64,000 nt of DNA from Actinomycetota bacterium (GCA_026393455.1 JAPLAE010000097.1:9458-73457); one strand, 5' to 3'; positions 1 through 11,125 are shown, counted from the stretch's first letter. A program made the numbers and translations. Notes: generated from the sequence alone by a model not told the origin.

Positions 1-401
1 CCGCAGCCGCCTACAGCGTCGATCACCTGTGGCTTGTGGGTTCACCTTCACCAACCGATGCCAAAGTTCAGAAGACTGCGCTTGGTTCACAGAAATTCGT
101 CACCACGACAGCTTGCGAAACTTCAACCGAAGCACTCGCTGCAGCTCATGCCGCTGGCTATCAGATTGTTGGTGTCGAACTTGCCGAAGGTGCCGTGCCG
201 CTCCATGAGACTGACCTTTCAGGCAACATTTGCATCGTGATGGGCCACGAGGATCGCGGACTTTCAAAAGACCTGCTTGCCGGCGCTGATGCCCTTGCCT
301 ATATCCCGCAGTTAGGAAAGATAGGTTCGCTCAACGTCGGTACTGCCGCGGCTATCGCAATGTATGAAACGCGACGCGCAGGCTGGACCGCCGAAGACTG
401 A
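1..401 (+). CDS. TrmH/SpoU-family RNA 2'-O-ribose methyltransferase (5' end beyond window edge)
   Basis: SPOUT motifs ICIVMGHEDRGLS and IPQLGKIGSLNVGTAAAIAMYE; frame is open back to the window start. Confidence 0.85.
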   Translation, partial: AAAYSVDHLWLVGSPSPTDAKVQKTALGSQKFVTTTACETSTEALAAAHAAGYQIVGVELAEGAVPLHETDLSGNICIVMGHEDRGLSKDLLAGADALAYIPQLGKIGSLNVGTAAAIAMYETRRAGWTAED

Positions 402-407
402 TCGCCA

Positions 408-437
408 CTTCCGACTCCACCGTCGCGTGGGTCGAAG
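408..437. terminator. Possible hairpin terminator between convergent trmH-like gene and priA
   Basis: Imperfect inverted repeat CTTCCGACTCCAC...GTGGGTCGAAG in a 38-nt convergent gap; no clear U-tract. Confidence 0.3.
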
Positions 438-439
438 CG

Positions 440-2302
440 TTAGAACCTGAGCGGGTCGACTTCGATACGGAGTCGTCCCGATGGCCGGCTTGCAGTGGCG
501 AGCGCGTTGCAAAGAGTGTCGTGATCGGACGCACGCACGATCCAACGACCATCGGCAGGGCCGAGGACTTCAATGCCGATCGGGGCGACGAAGGCGCTCA
601 CCCACGCCTCCGCTGACGCACCTGAGATCAACGCCATCACCTTGGCTGGCGGGAAGCCGAGCGACTCACGCCGGGCTCGTTCTGCGTCAGAGACTCTCGT
701 GGGTTCGGCGAGCAACGCTCCCTGGAGTACTTCGTGATGCGGAAGTCGGGTCTGCACAAGCAGACGACCTCCGCCCTCACGTCCACCAACAACACGAGCG
801 GCGCGAGCAAGTAGTGCCATCGCTTCCTCAGCCGCCCGATATCGAGGAGCAAGAAGTTCCTGATCGAAATCAAGAAAGGCCACAACATCGGCGTTGTGAA
901 CTCTGTAGAGCGCAGCTTCGGTACCCACGATGACTCGGGTTCCGGTTCCACCTGCATCAGTACCACGCTCGGCGGTGAGCTCAGCGACTGGTTCGCGCAC
1001 AAGAGCTTCGAGTTCCTCTCGGACACGGTTCACGCCGGCGCGCAGGTTCTTCATCTTTGTGCCGCCGCACTTGACGCAGAGCAATGGGCGAACGGTGTCG
1101 CAGCGAAGACAAACAAGAGATCCATCATCTCCCTGCACCACCGCTGCCGCGCACTTCTCACATGCTGCGACCTCACCGCACGCAGCGCATGACGAAAGCC
1201 GCGAACGTCCTTTTCGATTCAAAATGCACACCACTCGGCCATCGCTACGCAACGCGTCGACCAAGCGTTCGCTAAACAGACCTGAACCTGGCGGCTCGTC
1301 ACGCCTGTCGATGAGATCGACAAGCGGCCAACCTGCTCGTTCGGCGCTACGCGATTGCGTAATCAATCGCCCAGCATCGAGGGCCTCAAGCGATGGCGTC
1401 GGACTCACCAAAACACAAGGAATACCCGCTCGTCGTGCTCGTTCAATCAACACATCACGCGCATTCCATGTCGGAGCTTGCTCTTGCTGAAACGATTCAT
1501 CGTGTTCGTCGAGGACAACGATTGCCGCCGGTGAAGCGATCGGTGCGAATGCAGCCGAACGCGAACCAAAAACATTCGCCCATCCAGCGCGCGCGAGTGA
1601 CCAATCGTCGGGAAGGAGCGCGACGGGAAGTCCAGCCCTGCGCAGCCGAACCCCAAGGTGTCGCGCCGTCGAAGCAACCGGAGCAGCAACAAGGATTGGA
1701 CCAAGGGCGGCAGCGGCAAGAAGTAACGGATATGGGTCGACTGCAGGCGCAAGGCGAAGAGTGGCAACACCGCCAGCCAGCGCCTCTTGGGCGAGATCGT
1801 GAACCTCGTCTGATCCGATCGGGGCCGGCGGTGGAGTTCTCACCGGCGCACGTGGCAAACCACGCACGACTGCCGATGGTGATGCAGTGTTCAGCAGCGC
1901 TGCTGGTCGACCAGCCCATCGCCACGAGGCCCACTCGGCGAGATCAAACAGTTCGGGCGGCGGCCCCCATCCCGATACTTTCGCCAGCGACTGGAGTTTT
2001 ACGCCTTTTGGCGGATGGACTCGGTCTTCGACAACCCACCCACCGACGCGACGACCATGCAGAGCAATGCGCACGATCGTGCCAACGCGAATCTGCTCAG
2101 ACATCTGCGGCGGAACGAGATAATCGAACGTTTTGTCGATCGCCGGCACATCGGGCCGCACGCGTACAACGTGTTGATCAGACAGGTCGATGTCTGCAAC
2201 CGTTCCCTCGGGAGCAATCGTGATCTCGACGTCAGACTCATTTGAGCCCTCCGACTGTGGCGGCTCAAATGACAGCGAAGGTTGTTGCGGATCGGCGGCC
2301 AT
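440..2302 (-). CDS. priA: Primosomal protein N' (PriA), helicase-degenerate type
   Basis: N-terminal 3'-DNA-binding domain (DKTFDYLVP...VGTIVRI), DEHD motif, four CxxC pairs of the Cys-rich region, VQT and IEVDP C-terminal motifs; lies after metK. Confidence 0.9.
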   Translation of the reverse strand: MAADPQQPSLSFEPPQSEGSNESDVEITIAPEGTVADIDLSDQHVVRVRPDVPAIDKTFDYLVPPQMSEQIRVGTIVRIALHGRRVGGWVVEDRVHPPKGVKLQSLAKVSGWGPPPELFDLAEWASWRWAGRPAALLNTASPSAVVRGLPRAPVRTPPPAPIGSDEVHDLAQEALAGGVATLRLAPAVDPYPLLLAAAALGPILVAAPVASTARHLGVRLRRAGLPVALLPDDWSLARAGWANVFGSRSAAFAPIASPAAIVVLDEHDESFQQEQAPTWNARDVLIERARRAGIPCVLVSPTPSLEALDAGRLITQSRSAERAGWPLVDLIDRRDEPPGSGLFSERLVDALRSDGRVVCILNRKGRSRLSSCAACGEVAACEKCAAAVVQGDDGSLVCLRCDTVRPLLCVKCGGTKMKNLRAGVNRVREELEALVREPVAELTAERGTDAGGTGTRVIVGTEAALYRVHNADVVAFLDFDQELLAPRYRAAEEAMALLARAARVVGGREGGGRLLVQTRLPHHEVLQGALLAEPTRVSDAERARRESLGFPPAKVMALISGASAEAWVSAFVAPIGIEVLGPADGRWIVRASDHDTLCNALATASRPSGRLRIEVDPLRF

Positions 2303-2332
2303 TTCAGCGCCGCTCCGAGTGACCCAAGAGAA

Positions 2333-3526
2333 TCAGAGACCGAGTTCCGACTTGAGAGCATCGACGCGATCGGTACGTTCCCAGGTGAACGCATCGCCTG
2401 TGCGACCGAAGTGGCCATAGGCCGCGGTCTGCTTGTAACGGGGCTTGCGAAGGTCGAGATCGCGAGCAATCGCTGCGGGACGAAGGTCGAAGACGTCGCG
2501 CACTGCTGCGGCGATCTTCTCTTCGTCAACCGTGTTGGTGCCGAAGGTTTCGACCATGATCGAAACCGGGTGCGCAACACCAATGGCGTAGGCAACCTGA
2601 ACTTCACAACGATCGGCAGCGCCAGCGGCCACGACGTTCTTGGCAACCCAACGAGCGGCATAGGCAGCGGAGCGATCGACCTTTGAAGGATCCTTGCCCG
2701 AGAATGCGCCGCCACCGTGACGAGCCATGCCGCCGTAGGTGTCGACGATGATTTTGCGACCGGTAAGCCCGGCATCGCCGACAGGACCGCCGATGACGAA
2801 TCGGCCAGTCGGATTCACGAGCACCTGATAATCGTCATTCGCGAACTGTGCGGGGATGACTGGTCGAATGACGTGTTCGATGAGGTCGGGGCGAATCGCG
2901 TCTTCGCGATCGATACCTTCATCGTGCTGCGTTGAGATCAGGACCGTGCGCAAACGAACTGGCTTGCCATTTTCGTAATCGAAGGTGACCTGCGTTTTGC
3001 CATCGGGACGAAGATACGGAACTGTTCCGGCCTTGCGGACATCGGCAAGACGCTCGGCCATGCGATGGGCAACGTGAATCGGAAGTGGCATAAGCACATC
3101 GGTTTCGTTGCACGCGTAACCGAACATCATTCCTTGGTCGCCCGCGCCCTGCTTATTGAGGATGTCCTCGCCGGAAGTACCGGTGCGAACCTCTTCGGAG
3201 TCGTCAACACCTTGGGCGATATCGGAAGACTGCGCATCGAGGCTCACCATGACGCCAACGGTTTCGCCGTCGTAGCCATAGGACTCGCGGTCGTAACCGA
3301 TGCCCTTGATGGTGTCGCGCACAATGCTCGGAATGTCGACGTAACCCGTGGTCGTAACCTCGCCGGCGATGATGGCCAAGCCTGTGGTCACGAGGGTCTC
3401 GCATGCGACACGACTCATTGGGTCGTTGGCCAGCATGGCGTCGAGAATCGCGTCGGAGATCTGATCGGCCATCTTGTCGGGATGACCCTCGGTGACCGAT
3501 TCTGAGGTGAAAGTCCAGCTGCTCAC
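2333..3526 (-). CDS. metK: S-adenosylmethionine synthetase
   Basis: [19 protein letters not shown] and GGGAFSGKD signatures; AGGAG SD upstream of the GTG start. Confidence 0.98.
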   Translation of the reverse strand: MSSWTFTSESVTEGHPDKMADQISDAILDAMLANDPMSRVACETLVTTGLAIIAGEVTTTGYVDIPSIVRDTIKGIGYDRESYGYDGETVGVMVSLDAQSSDIAQGVDDSEEVRTGTSGEDILNKQGAGDQGMMFGYACNETDVLMPLPIHVAHRMAERLADVRKAGTVPYLRPDGKTQVTFDYENGKPVRLRTVLISTQHDEGIDREDAIRPDLIEHVIRPVIPAQFANDDYQVLVNPTGRFVIGGPVGDAGLTGRKIIVDTYGGMARHGGGAFSGKDPSKVDRSAAYAARWVAKNVVAAGAADRCEVQVAYAIGVAHPVSIMVETFGTNTVDEEKIAAAVRDVFDLRPAAIARDLDLRKPRYKQTAAYGHFGRTGDAFTWERTDRVDALKSELGL

Positions 3527-3578
3527 GGGAAGCTCCTGTGTGATTGGTTCGGGGGGAAACCTAGTCGGGTCGAGGCCC

Positions 3579-4787
3579 TCAGCGGTCGGACCTCAGCGCC
3601 ACGACAGCATCGAGGACCGCCTTGGCGACCGCTCGTTTGTCGGTGAGGCCAACGCTGACATCGTCGGAAGTAGCCGAAAGAATCGTCACTGCGTTGGTGT
3701 CGTGTTCGAATCCGACGCCAACGGCACTGACATCGTTGGCCACGATCAGATCAAGGTTCTTGCGCTGGAGTTTGCCGCGCGCATTTTCTACGACGTTTGT
3801 CGTTTCGGCGGCAAAGCCCACGATGACTTGTCCGGGAGCTTTGCGCTGACCAAGATCAACAAGGAAATCGTGTGTTGGTTCAAGAACGATTCGGGACTCG
3901 CCTTGCGTGCCCAGTTCATCCTTTTTGATTTTGTGTGCCGCAATCGTGGCCGGACGGAAGTCAGCAACCGCTGCAGCCATCACGATGACATCGTGCGCAT
4001 CGGCTCGGGGCATCACGGCGGCTTCCATTTCGGCAGCGCTCACAACCTCAACAACGTCAACGCCTACTGGAGCGGGCAGACTCGCAGTGGTCACAAGCGT
4101 GACCTTCGCTCCACGTGAGAGCGCTTCTGCAGCAATTGCATAGCCCTGCTTGCCTGACGAGCGATTCGTAATCACTCGCACCGGATCGATCGCTTCGCGA
4201 GTTCCTCCTGCGGTCACAAGCACCCGCACACCCGCTAAATCGTCGTTCGCCGAGAGCGCTCGTTCGATTGCGGCCACGATGTCGGCCGGTTCGGCAAGGC
4301 GACCAGTGCCGATATCACCACCGGCAAGGCGACCTTCGCCCGGAGGCACAATGATGACGCCGCGCGACGCGAGCAGCGCAAGATTGTCCTGCACTGCAGG
4401 GTGCTCCCACATCTCGGTATGCATCGCGGGGCAGATGACAACTGGAGCTCGGGTGGCAATGAGGGTGGCTGTCAGAAGATCATCGGAATAGCCGTGGGCA
4501 TAGGCCGAGATCAATCGAGCAGTGGCCGGTGCGACCACGATGAGATCGTTGTCCTGACCAAGACGAGTATGCGGAATGGGCGAGGATTCATCCCAGAGCG
4601 AGGTTTGCACTTTTTCGGATGCAAGCGCCGACAGCGTTGTCTCGCCGATGAAGTGCCTTGCACCTTCAGTCATGATCGGTACGACATGCGCGCCAGCATC
4701 GACAAGACGACGACAAACGTCGACCGCCTTGTATGCGGCAATGCCCCCGGTTACTCCCAGGACGATGCGACGGGATGCGAGGGTCAT
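3579..4787 (-). CDS. coaBC: Bifunctional phosphopantothenoylcysteine decarboxylase/ligase
   Basis: [45 protein letters not shown]; start set at MTLASRR (4787). Confidence 0.95.
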   Translation of the reverse strand: MTLASRRIVLGVTGGIAAYKAVDVCRRLVDAGAHVVPIMTEGARHFIGETTLSALASEKVQTSLWDESSPIPHTRLGQDNDLIVVAPATARLISAYAHGYSDDLLTATLIATRAPVVICPAMHTEMWEHPAVQDNLALLASRGVIIVPPGEGRLAGGDIGTGRLAEPADIVAAIERALSANDDLAGVRVLVTAGGTREAIDPVRVITNRSSGKQGYAIAAEALSRGAKVTLVTTASLPAPVGVDVVEVVSAAEMEAAVMPRADAHDVIVMAAAVADFRPATIAAHKIKKDELGTQGESRIVLEPTHDFLVDLGQRKAPGQVIVGFAAETTNVVENARGKLQRKNLDLIVANDVSAVGVGFEHDTNAVTILSATSDDVSVGLTDKRAVAKAVLDAVVALRSDR

Positions 4788-4812
4788 ACCCGCAGAACCG
4801 ACAACAGGTCGG

Positions 4813-5151
4813 TCAGTCTGCCTCGGGTGCTTCGTCGACGGCTTCAGCCAGTTCGACGGTTTCGTCGATGCCCTCGACGACGTCCTCGAGAAGGACCTCG
4901 TTGGGATCAACGCGCACGGGGATGATCATGTCCGCAGAGATTTCTTCAAACGCGATCGATAGCGGCTTACGGGCCAGTGAGGTGACCTGCGGCGGAACGT
5001 TTGAGCCCTGTCCTTCGCCAAGTTGGTTGAAGTAGGCGTTGATCTGCCGTGCGCGCATGGCGCCGAGTGACACGAGCGTGAAACGCGAATCGACCTTCGA
5101 AAGAAGAACCTCGATACGGGGATCCACCATTGAGTCATGAATCTGAGCCAC
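4813..5151 (-). CDS. rpoZ: RNA polymerase omega subunit
   Basis: LLSKVDSRFTLV...RARQIN...KPLSIAFEEI; gmk-rpoZ-coaBC-metK synteny. Confidence 0.93.
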   Translation of the reverse strand: MAQIHDSMVDPRIEVLLSKVDSRFTLVSLGAMRARQINAYFNQLGEGQGSNVPPQVTSLARKPLSIAFEEISADMIIPVRVDPNEVLLEDVVEGIDETVELAEAVDEAPEAD

Positions 5152-5304
5152 AGCACACCTTCGTTACGGATTGGGGACGGACTGACAAGAACAATCTCTC
5201 GCTCTACGGCACCGAACAATCGGCCTCGGAGAGGAGGGACGAGCCTACCGCAGTACCCCCTCCGGGCCACATTGCCGGGTGGCGATGGGTATCGGGCGGT
5301 TCTT

Positions 5305-5841
5305 TTAGGCCGATCGCCGCTCTGCAATCAGAGCAGCAACCTCGGCCACGGTGCGCTCGAGATCGTCGTTGACAATGCAGATCGCTCCGAGACGACGACC
5401 TTCGGCTAATTCGGCCTGAGCCACCGCAATGCGGCGTTCGGCCTGCTCCGGCGGGTCGCCACGGCCACGGAGTCGTTCGGCCTGAACTTCGGCTGATGGG
5501 GGTTCAAGGAGCACAAAGAGGCAATCGGGAACCCGTTCGAGGACCTGCGCAGCGCCCTGAACATCGATTTCGAGGATCACGTCCCTGTCATCGGCACCTT
5601 CAGGCCAAGGGGTTCCATAGAAATTTCCGAGGAACTCGGCATATTCAAGGAATCCACCCGCTGCGACGTGGGCCTCGAATTCCTCTCGAGTCACCCAGAT
5701 GTAGGCATCTTCACGCTCACTCGGGCGTCGTTCACGGGTACTCCACGAACGCGAAAGCCACAGAGACGGATCGGCGTCGATCAGGCGAGCGACAACCGTT
5801 CCCTTGCCTACTCCCCCTGGTCCACAAACGACAATGATCAC
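5305..5841 (-). CDS. gmk: Guanylate kinase
   Basis: GPGGVGKGT P-loop, FLEYAEFLGNFYGT, LEIDVQGA. Confidence 0.95.
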   Translation of the reverse strand: MIIVVCGPGGVGKGTVVARLIDADPSLWLSRSWSTRERRPSEREDAYIWVTREEFEAHVAAGGFLEYAEFLGNFYGTPWPEGADDRDVILEIDVQGAAQVLERVPDCLFVLLEPPSAEVQAERLRGRGDPPEQAERRIAVAQAELAEGRRLGAICIVNDDLERTVAEVAALIAERRSA

Positions 5842-5851
5842 GAGTGCGGAA

Positions 5852-6169
5852 TCAGTTACCGAACGCGCCCAGCAGGGCCTTGCGTTGCTGATCGCCTAAT
5901 CCTCGGAGTCGACGAGTATCGGCGATACCGATCTCGGTCATGGCTCGACGAGCTTTGACCTTTCCGACACCGGGAAGCGATTCGAGAATGGCCATCACTT
6001 TAATACCGGCAACTAGTTCATCGGTACCGGCAAGTTCGAGAACCTGAGCGAACACGAGCTCACCAGTTTTCAATTTGTCTTTGACGATGGCGCGGGCTCG
6101 ACGCGCTTCGGCGGCCTTCGCGAGCGCGGCCTGCCGTTGTTCAGGAGTGAGAGCAGGAGGCTGCGGCAT
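5852..6169 (-). CDS. mihF: Actinobacterial integration host factor (mIHF)
   Basis: PPALTPEQRQAALAKAAEARRARA...LESLPGVGKVKA...RRLRGLG; lies between pyrF and gmk. Confidence 0.93.
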   Translation of the reverse strand: MPQPPALTPEQRQAALAKAAEARRARAIVKDKLKTGELVFAQVLELAGTDELVAGIKVMAILESLPGVGKVKARRAMTEIGIADTRRLRGLGDQQRKALLGAFGN

Positions 6170-6176
6170 GGCGGAG

Positions 6177-6182
6177 ACCCTA
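6177..6182 (-). promoter_or_regulatory. -10 element (TAGGGT) of probable leaderless mihF promoter
   Basis: TAnnnT 7 nt upstream of the ATG; no SD between them. Confidence 0.55.
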
Positions 6183-6190
6183 GCCGTTGC

Positions 6191-6215
6191 CCTCCGACAC
6201 CCGTCCGGGCGGAGG
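6191..6215 (-). terminator. GC-rich hairpin after pyrF (probable end of the pyr operon)
   Basis: CCTCCG...CGGAGG arms with an inner CCC/GGG pairing; no U-tract. Confidence 0.35.
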
Positions 6216-6225
6216 CCATTGCGCC

Positions 6226-6951
6226 TCAGCCAATGGCAGCAGCAACCTCGGCAGCGATAGAAATTGCCGCCTGAATGGGGTCCTCGGCATGGGTTACGGC
6301 TCGCCCTATGACGAGAACGTCGGCGCCTGACGCAATCGCCGATGCAGGTGTAGCCGGTCGAGCCTGATCGTCGACGCTTACTCCCGCTGGTCGGATCCCG
6401 GGCACAACGGTGACGACATCTGGGGCTTGTGAGCGAACGATTGCGAGATCACTCGCCGCGCACACCAAGCCTCCACAACCTGCTTCGAGGACAATGCCGA
6501 CGCGCTGTTCGAGCGCTGCGAGATCGGCCTGCTCACTTGTAAGAACGGTGATGCCAAGGCAGATCGGTGAGGGCAGTCCCGCCGCCGATGCCCCAGCAGC
6601 AACGCCTTCGACTCCAGCACGCAGATGATCGACGCCTGCTCGCGTGTGCACGGTCAGATACGAGACGCCTAACGAACCCATGACGCGTGCGGCTTTGTTA
6701 ACCGTGGTCGGGATGTCGAGCAATTTCAGATCGGCAAAGACGGCGAACCCGTCCTCGATCATTGCTTCGATGGCTTCCGGTCCTGCTGCGCTGAACAGCT
6801 CCAAACCTACTTTTGCCACGCCAAACCATGGTCGTAAGAGGTGCGCGAGACGTCGAGCTCCGACAACATCGTCGACATCGAGCGCAAGGGCGAGACGAGA
6901 ACGGATGGCTTCGGGTGCACCACTAGAGAAGTCAACGATTTCAGCGGCCAT
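6226..6951 (-). CDS. pyrF: Orotidine-5'-phosphate decarboxylase
   Basis: LALALD, AKVGLEL, DLKLLDIPTTV, VPGIRP, VIGRAVT; start taken at MAAEIV. Confidence 0.95.
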   Translation of the reverse strand: MAAEIVDFSSGAPEAIRSRLALALDVDDVVGARRLAHLLRPWFGVAKVGLELFSAAGPEAIEAMIEDGFAVFADLKLLDIPTTVNKAARVMGSLGVSYLTVHTRAGVDHLRAGVEGVAAGASAAGLPSPICLGITVLTSEQADLAALEQRVGIVLEAGCGGLVCAASDLAIVRSQAPDVVTVVPGIRPAGVSVDDQARPATPASAIASGADVLVIGRAVTHAEDPIQAAISIAAEVAAAIG

Positions 6952-7885
6952 GAACAACTCCGATCAGTTCGCGAACCGAAGCAACACTTCGTTCAGCGCA
7001 CCATGCTTCGATCTCATCAAGAACTCGGGCAACACTTCGAGGGTCAGCGAATGACGCGGTTCCGACTTGAATCGCGCTTGCACCGGCCATCATCAATTCG
7101 ATTGCATCGACACCGCGAGCAACTCCGCCGACACCGATGATCGGAATTTCGGGATATGCCGCGTGCACATCGTGTACTGCTCGAACGGCAACGGGATGAA
7201 TGGCTGGTCCAGAAAGTCCGCCGCCTCCGCCACCGAGTCGATAGGTGCGCGTCTCTGTATCGATGGCCATTCCGAGAACGGTGTTGACGAGTGTGACCGC
7301 GTCGGCACCCGCAGAGTGTGCTGCCTTCGCGATGGACGCGAGATCGGAAACATTTGGACTGAGCTTCGCCCACATCGGACGGCCGCAAACTGAAGCAGCT
7401 TGAATCGCTTCTGCAGTTGTTTCGGGAGCATGGGCAAACATCCGATTGCGATCGTGAAGGTTCGGACACGACACATTTACTTCGACAGCAACAACTTCGG
7501 CGGGTGCGTCTCGCAGGAGCTCTGCAGCTAGCGCATAGTCCTCGATCGTTGTTCCCCAAATACTGGCCACCACCGTTGCCCCAGTAGCGATGACGGCCGG
7601 AAGTTCCTCTTCGAGCCACTTGCGCACGCCAGGACCTTGCAGTCCGACGCTATTAATCATGCCCGCAGGGGTTTCATGAACGCGTGGCGCAGCGTTTCCG
7701 GCCCACGGTTCTGGCGACAGCGATTTTACGACCACAGCACCCAATGTCGAAAGGTCGACATAGGCCCCGAGTTCGTCGCCGTGTCCAGCGGTTCCGGACG
7801 CCGTCATTACGGGGTTGGCTAACGTAAGTGAACCGACAGTTGTTGTGAGATCCACTGACCCCTTGGAACCCCGGCGCCGTGCCAT
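6941..7885 (-). CDS. pyrD: Dihydroorotate dehydrogenase family 1, catalytic subunit
   Basis: NPVMTASGT, MINSVGLQGPG, EVNVSCPN, AKLSPN, GGLSGPAI. Confidence 0.95.
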   Translation of the reverse strand: MARRRGSKGSVDLTTTVGSLTLANPVMTASGTAGHGDELGAYVDLSTLGAVVVKSLSPEPWAGNAAPRVHETPAGMINSVGLQGPGVRKWLEEELPAVIATGATVVASIWGTTIEDYALAAELLRDAPAEVVAVEVNVSCPNLHDRNRMFAHAPETTAEAIQAASVCGRPMWAKLSPNVSDLASIAKAAHSAGADAVTLVNTVLGMAIDTETRTYRLGGGGGGLSGPAIHPVAVRAVHDVHAAYPEIPIIGVGGVARGVDAIELMMAGASAIQVGTASFADPRSVARVLDEIEAWCAERSVASVRELIGVVHGR

Positions 7886-10800
7886 CAGGCTGCTCCCCCA
7901 CGACGCACGCCTTGGTGGTATTCCTGCAGCGAGCGCACTTCAAGTGGATGAGATCCGCGATCGGCCATGCCGTTCACTGCAGCCAGACCTGCCGCTGCTG
8001 TGGTAAGAAGTGGGATGTTGTGTTTGCCGGCTGCAGCGCGGATGTGCGCACCATCGGCACGAGGTCCGCGGCCCCGAGGCGAATTCACTACGAGAACAAC
8101 CTCGCCACTTTCGATGAGATCGACCGCGTCCTGACCGTCGGGTTCGCCTAGCTTGGCCACGACTGTTGTGACCTCAACGCCGTTACGAGTCAGGTAGTCG
8201 GCGGTACCCGAAGTGGCCGCAATCGAGAATCCGAGTTCGCGGAAACGCTGTGCGGTTTTCACGCCAACTTTTTTGTCTCGATCGGCAAGCGAAAGAAACA
8301 CCATTCCGGATGTCGGAAGATTTGTGCCGGCAGCAAGCTGGCTCTTTGCGAAAGCCAGACCGAAGGTCAGATCGATGCCCATAACTTCGCCGGTTGAACG
8401 CATCTCAGGACCAAGCAACGCGTCGGCTTCTGGGAAACGACTGAAGGGAAGCACTGCTTCCTTGACGGCGATGTGATCTCCCTGCACCGGTTCAGACAGC
8501 AAACCTTCTGTGCGCAGTTCTGCAAGCGTTGCACCGAGCATGACTCGGGCTGCCACCTTCGCCAGCGGGACACCCGTGGCTTTGGCGACGAACGGCACCG
8601 TCCGGCTAGCACGAGGGTTAGCTTCGATCACAAAGACCTGTCCGCTTTTCACTGCGTACTGCACATTGAGAAGTCCGATGACACCTAGGGCGTTCGCGAT
8701 GCGCTGGCTGTAGTCGGCAAGCACCGCCATCGTTTCGGCCGAGAGTGAATACGGCGGAATGACACAGGCGGAGTCGCCTGAATGCACACCGGCTTCTTCG
8801 ACGTGTTCCATGATTCCGCCGATGACAAAGTCACCGGTTGCGTCGCGGATCGAGTCAACATCGACTTCCGTTGCGTCTTCGAGGAAGCGATCGACAAGCA
8901 CGGGACGCTCGGCGGAAAGTCCGCCTTCTTTTCCGAGACTGCCGAAACTCGCGAGTTGCGCCATGGCGGCACGAAGGCCTTCGTCGTCGTAAACGATTTC
9001 CATCGCTCGGCCACCAAGCACATAGCTGGGACGAACAAGTGCCGGGTACCCAATTCGAGTCGTGATGGCGAGAGCCGCATCGATAGTGGCTGCAGTGCCA
9101 CCAGCAGGTTGCGGTATCTCGAGACGCGCACAAAGTGCATTCCAGAGTTCGCGGTCTTCTGCCGCATCGATCGACGCAGGAGAAGTTCCGGCAATGAGTT
9201 CGGCCGGAAGTGTGTTGGACAGCTTGAGCGGGGTTTGTCCGCCAAGCGACACGATGACACCCACTGGCTTTTCCGCATCAATGACGTTCATCACATCTTC
9301 GTGGGTAAGCGGTTCGAAGTAGAGGCGATCACTGGTGTCGTAATCGGTTGAAACCGTTTCCGGATTGCAGTTCACCATGATGGTTTCGAAGCCGGCATCG
9401 CGCAGAGCGAAGGAAGCGTGGACACAGCAGTAATCGAATTCAATTCCTTGGCCGATTCGATTCGGTCCGGAACCAAGGATGATGACCTTCTTGCGCTCCG
9501 AAGGCGATACCTCGTCGGTGTCTTCCCATGTTGAGTAGTGGTACGGCGTCTTTGCATCGAATTCGGCAGCGCAAGTGTCGACCGTCTTATAGGTAGGTAC
9601 GACACCAAGTTCAAGGCGACGAGTGCGCACTTCGGCCTCGGTGCGATTCCAAAGCCAGGCCAGCTGCGCATCGGAGAAGCCCAAACGTTTCGCCCGACGC
9701 CAGCCAAGACGCGTGAGGTCGTTGAAACCGACTTCGGAAAGATGCGCACGTTCTTCGGTGATCGCGCACATTTGATCGAGGAACCATGGATCGACCTTGG
9801 TCGCGGCGTACACCTCGTCGATGGATTTTCCGCGACGCATCACGGCTTCGAGTTGGAAAATTCGATCCGGGGTACCAATGCATGCCTGAGCAAGGAGCTC
9901 ATCGAGCGGCATGTCGTCGTATTCCGCCTCGCCTGGATCACAGTTCAGACCAAAGCGACCTTGTTCAAGCGATCGCAATCCCTTTTGCAACGATTCGGGG
10001 AAGGTGCGGCCGATGGCCATCACTTCTCCTACCGACTGCATCTGAGTACCCAGCACGCCACTCGTACCTGGGAATTTCTCGAATGCCCAACGCGGGATCT
10101 TTGTGACCACGTAATCGATGGTGGGTTCGAATGACGCTGGGGTCATCTTGGTGATGTCATTCGGAATTTCATCGAGGGTGTAGCCAACCGCTAGGCGCGC
10201 GGCGATCTTGGCAATCGGAAACCCTGTTGCTTTCGAGGCGAGCGCAGAGGAGCGAGAAACTCGCGGGTTCATTTCGATAACAACCATGTCGCCGTTTTCG
10301 GGATTCACGGCGAACTGCACGTTCGAGCCGCCGGTTTCGACGCCCACTCGGCGCATCACTGCAAACGCTGCGTCGCGCATGAGCTGGTACTCGTGGTCCG
10401 AAAGGGTCTGAGCCGGAGCGACGGTGATGGAGTCACCGGTATGTACGCCCATCGGGTCGATATTTTCGATGGAGCAAACGATCACGCAGTTGTCGGCGTG
10501 ATCGCGCATCACTTCAAGTTCGTATTCTTTCCAACCTGCAATCGAGGTTTCAATCAAGATCTCGGAGATAGGGCTCGACTCGAGGCCGTAGGCGGCGATC
10601 TTTTCGAACTCTTCCATCGTCGATGCAATGCCGGTTCCGCGTCCGCCCAAGATGTACGCCGGACGAATAACCGCCGGGAGTCCGATAGAGCCGATAACCA
10701 CCATGGCCTCATCGAGGTTGTGCGCTGAACCGGAGATTGGAGTGGCGAGGCCAATTTCGGCCATGGCTTGTTTAAACAATTCGCGATCTTCCGCTGTGGC

Positions 10801-11125
10801 AATGGCGAGCGCATCTGCGCCGATCATTTCCACGTCGTACTGAGCAAGCACTCCTGCTTCTTCAAGAGCCATGGCGAGGTTGAGGGCGGTCTGACCTCCG
10901 AGCGTCGGCAACAGCGCGTCGGGACGCTCGCGTTCGCGCGTCGGCGAAATCTGGATCGGTCATGATCGTGGCGGGGTTCGAATTTGCGAGTACGACCCGG
11001 TAGCCCTCTTCACGAAGGATTCGACATGCTTGCGTTCCTGAGTAATCGAATTCGCATGCCTGACCGATAACGATCGGACCGGAACCGATCAGCAGAATGG
11101 TTTTGATGTCATTACGCCGCGGCAT
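7885..11125 (-). CDS. carB: Carbamoyl-phosphate synthase large subunit; frameshifted at ~10936 as assembled
   Basis: N-terminus [30 protein letters not shown] (ORF 10862-11125) continues in another frame as [19 protein letters not shown]; both ATP-grasp halves and the MGS domain are otherwise intact. Confidence 0.95.

Noticed and set aside
3527-3578. SAM riboswitch upstream of metK
   Set aside because: The spacer is only 52 nt and is taken up by a TAGGTT -10 and an AGGAG SD; no aptamer core was recognised
10862-11125. 87-aa ORF as a separate gene, naturally split carB, or programmed frameshift
   Set aside because: About 15 conserved residues are missing, which recoding cannot restore
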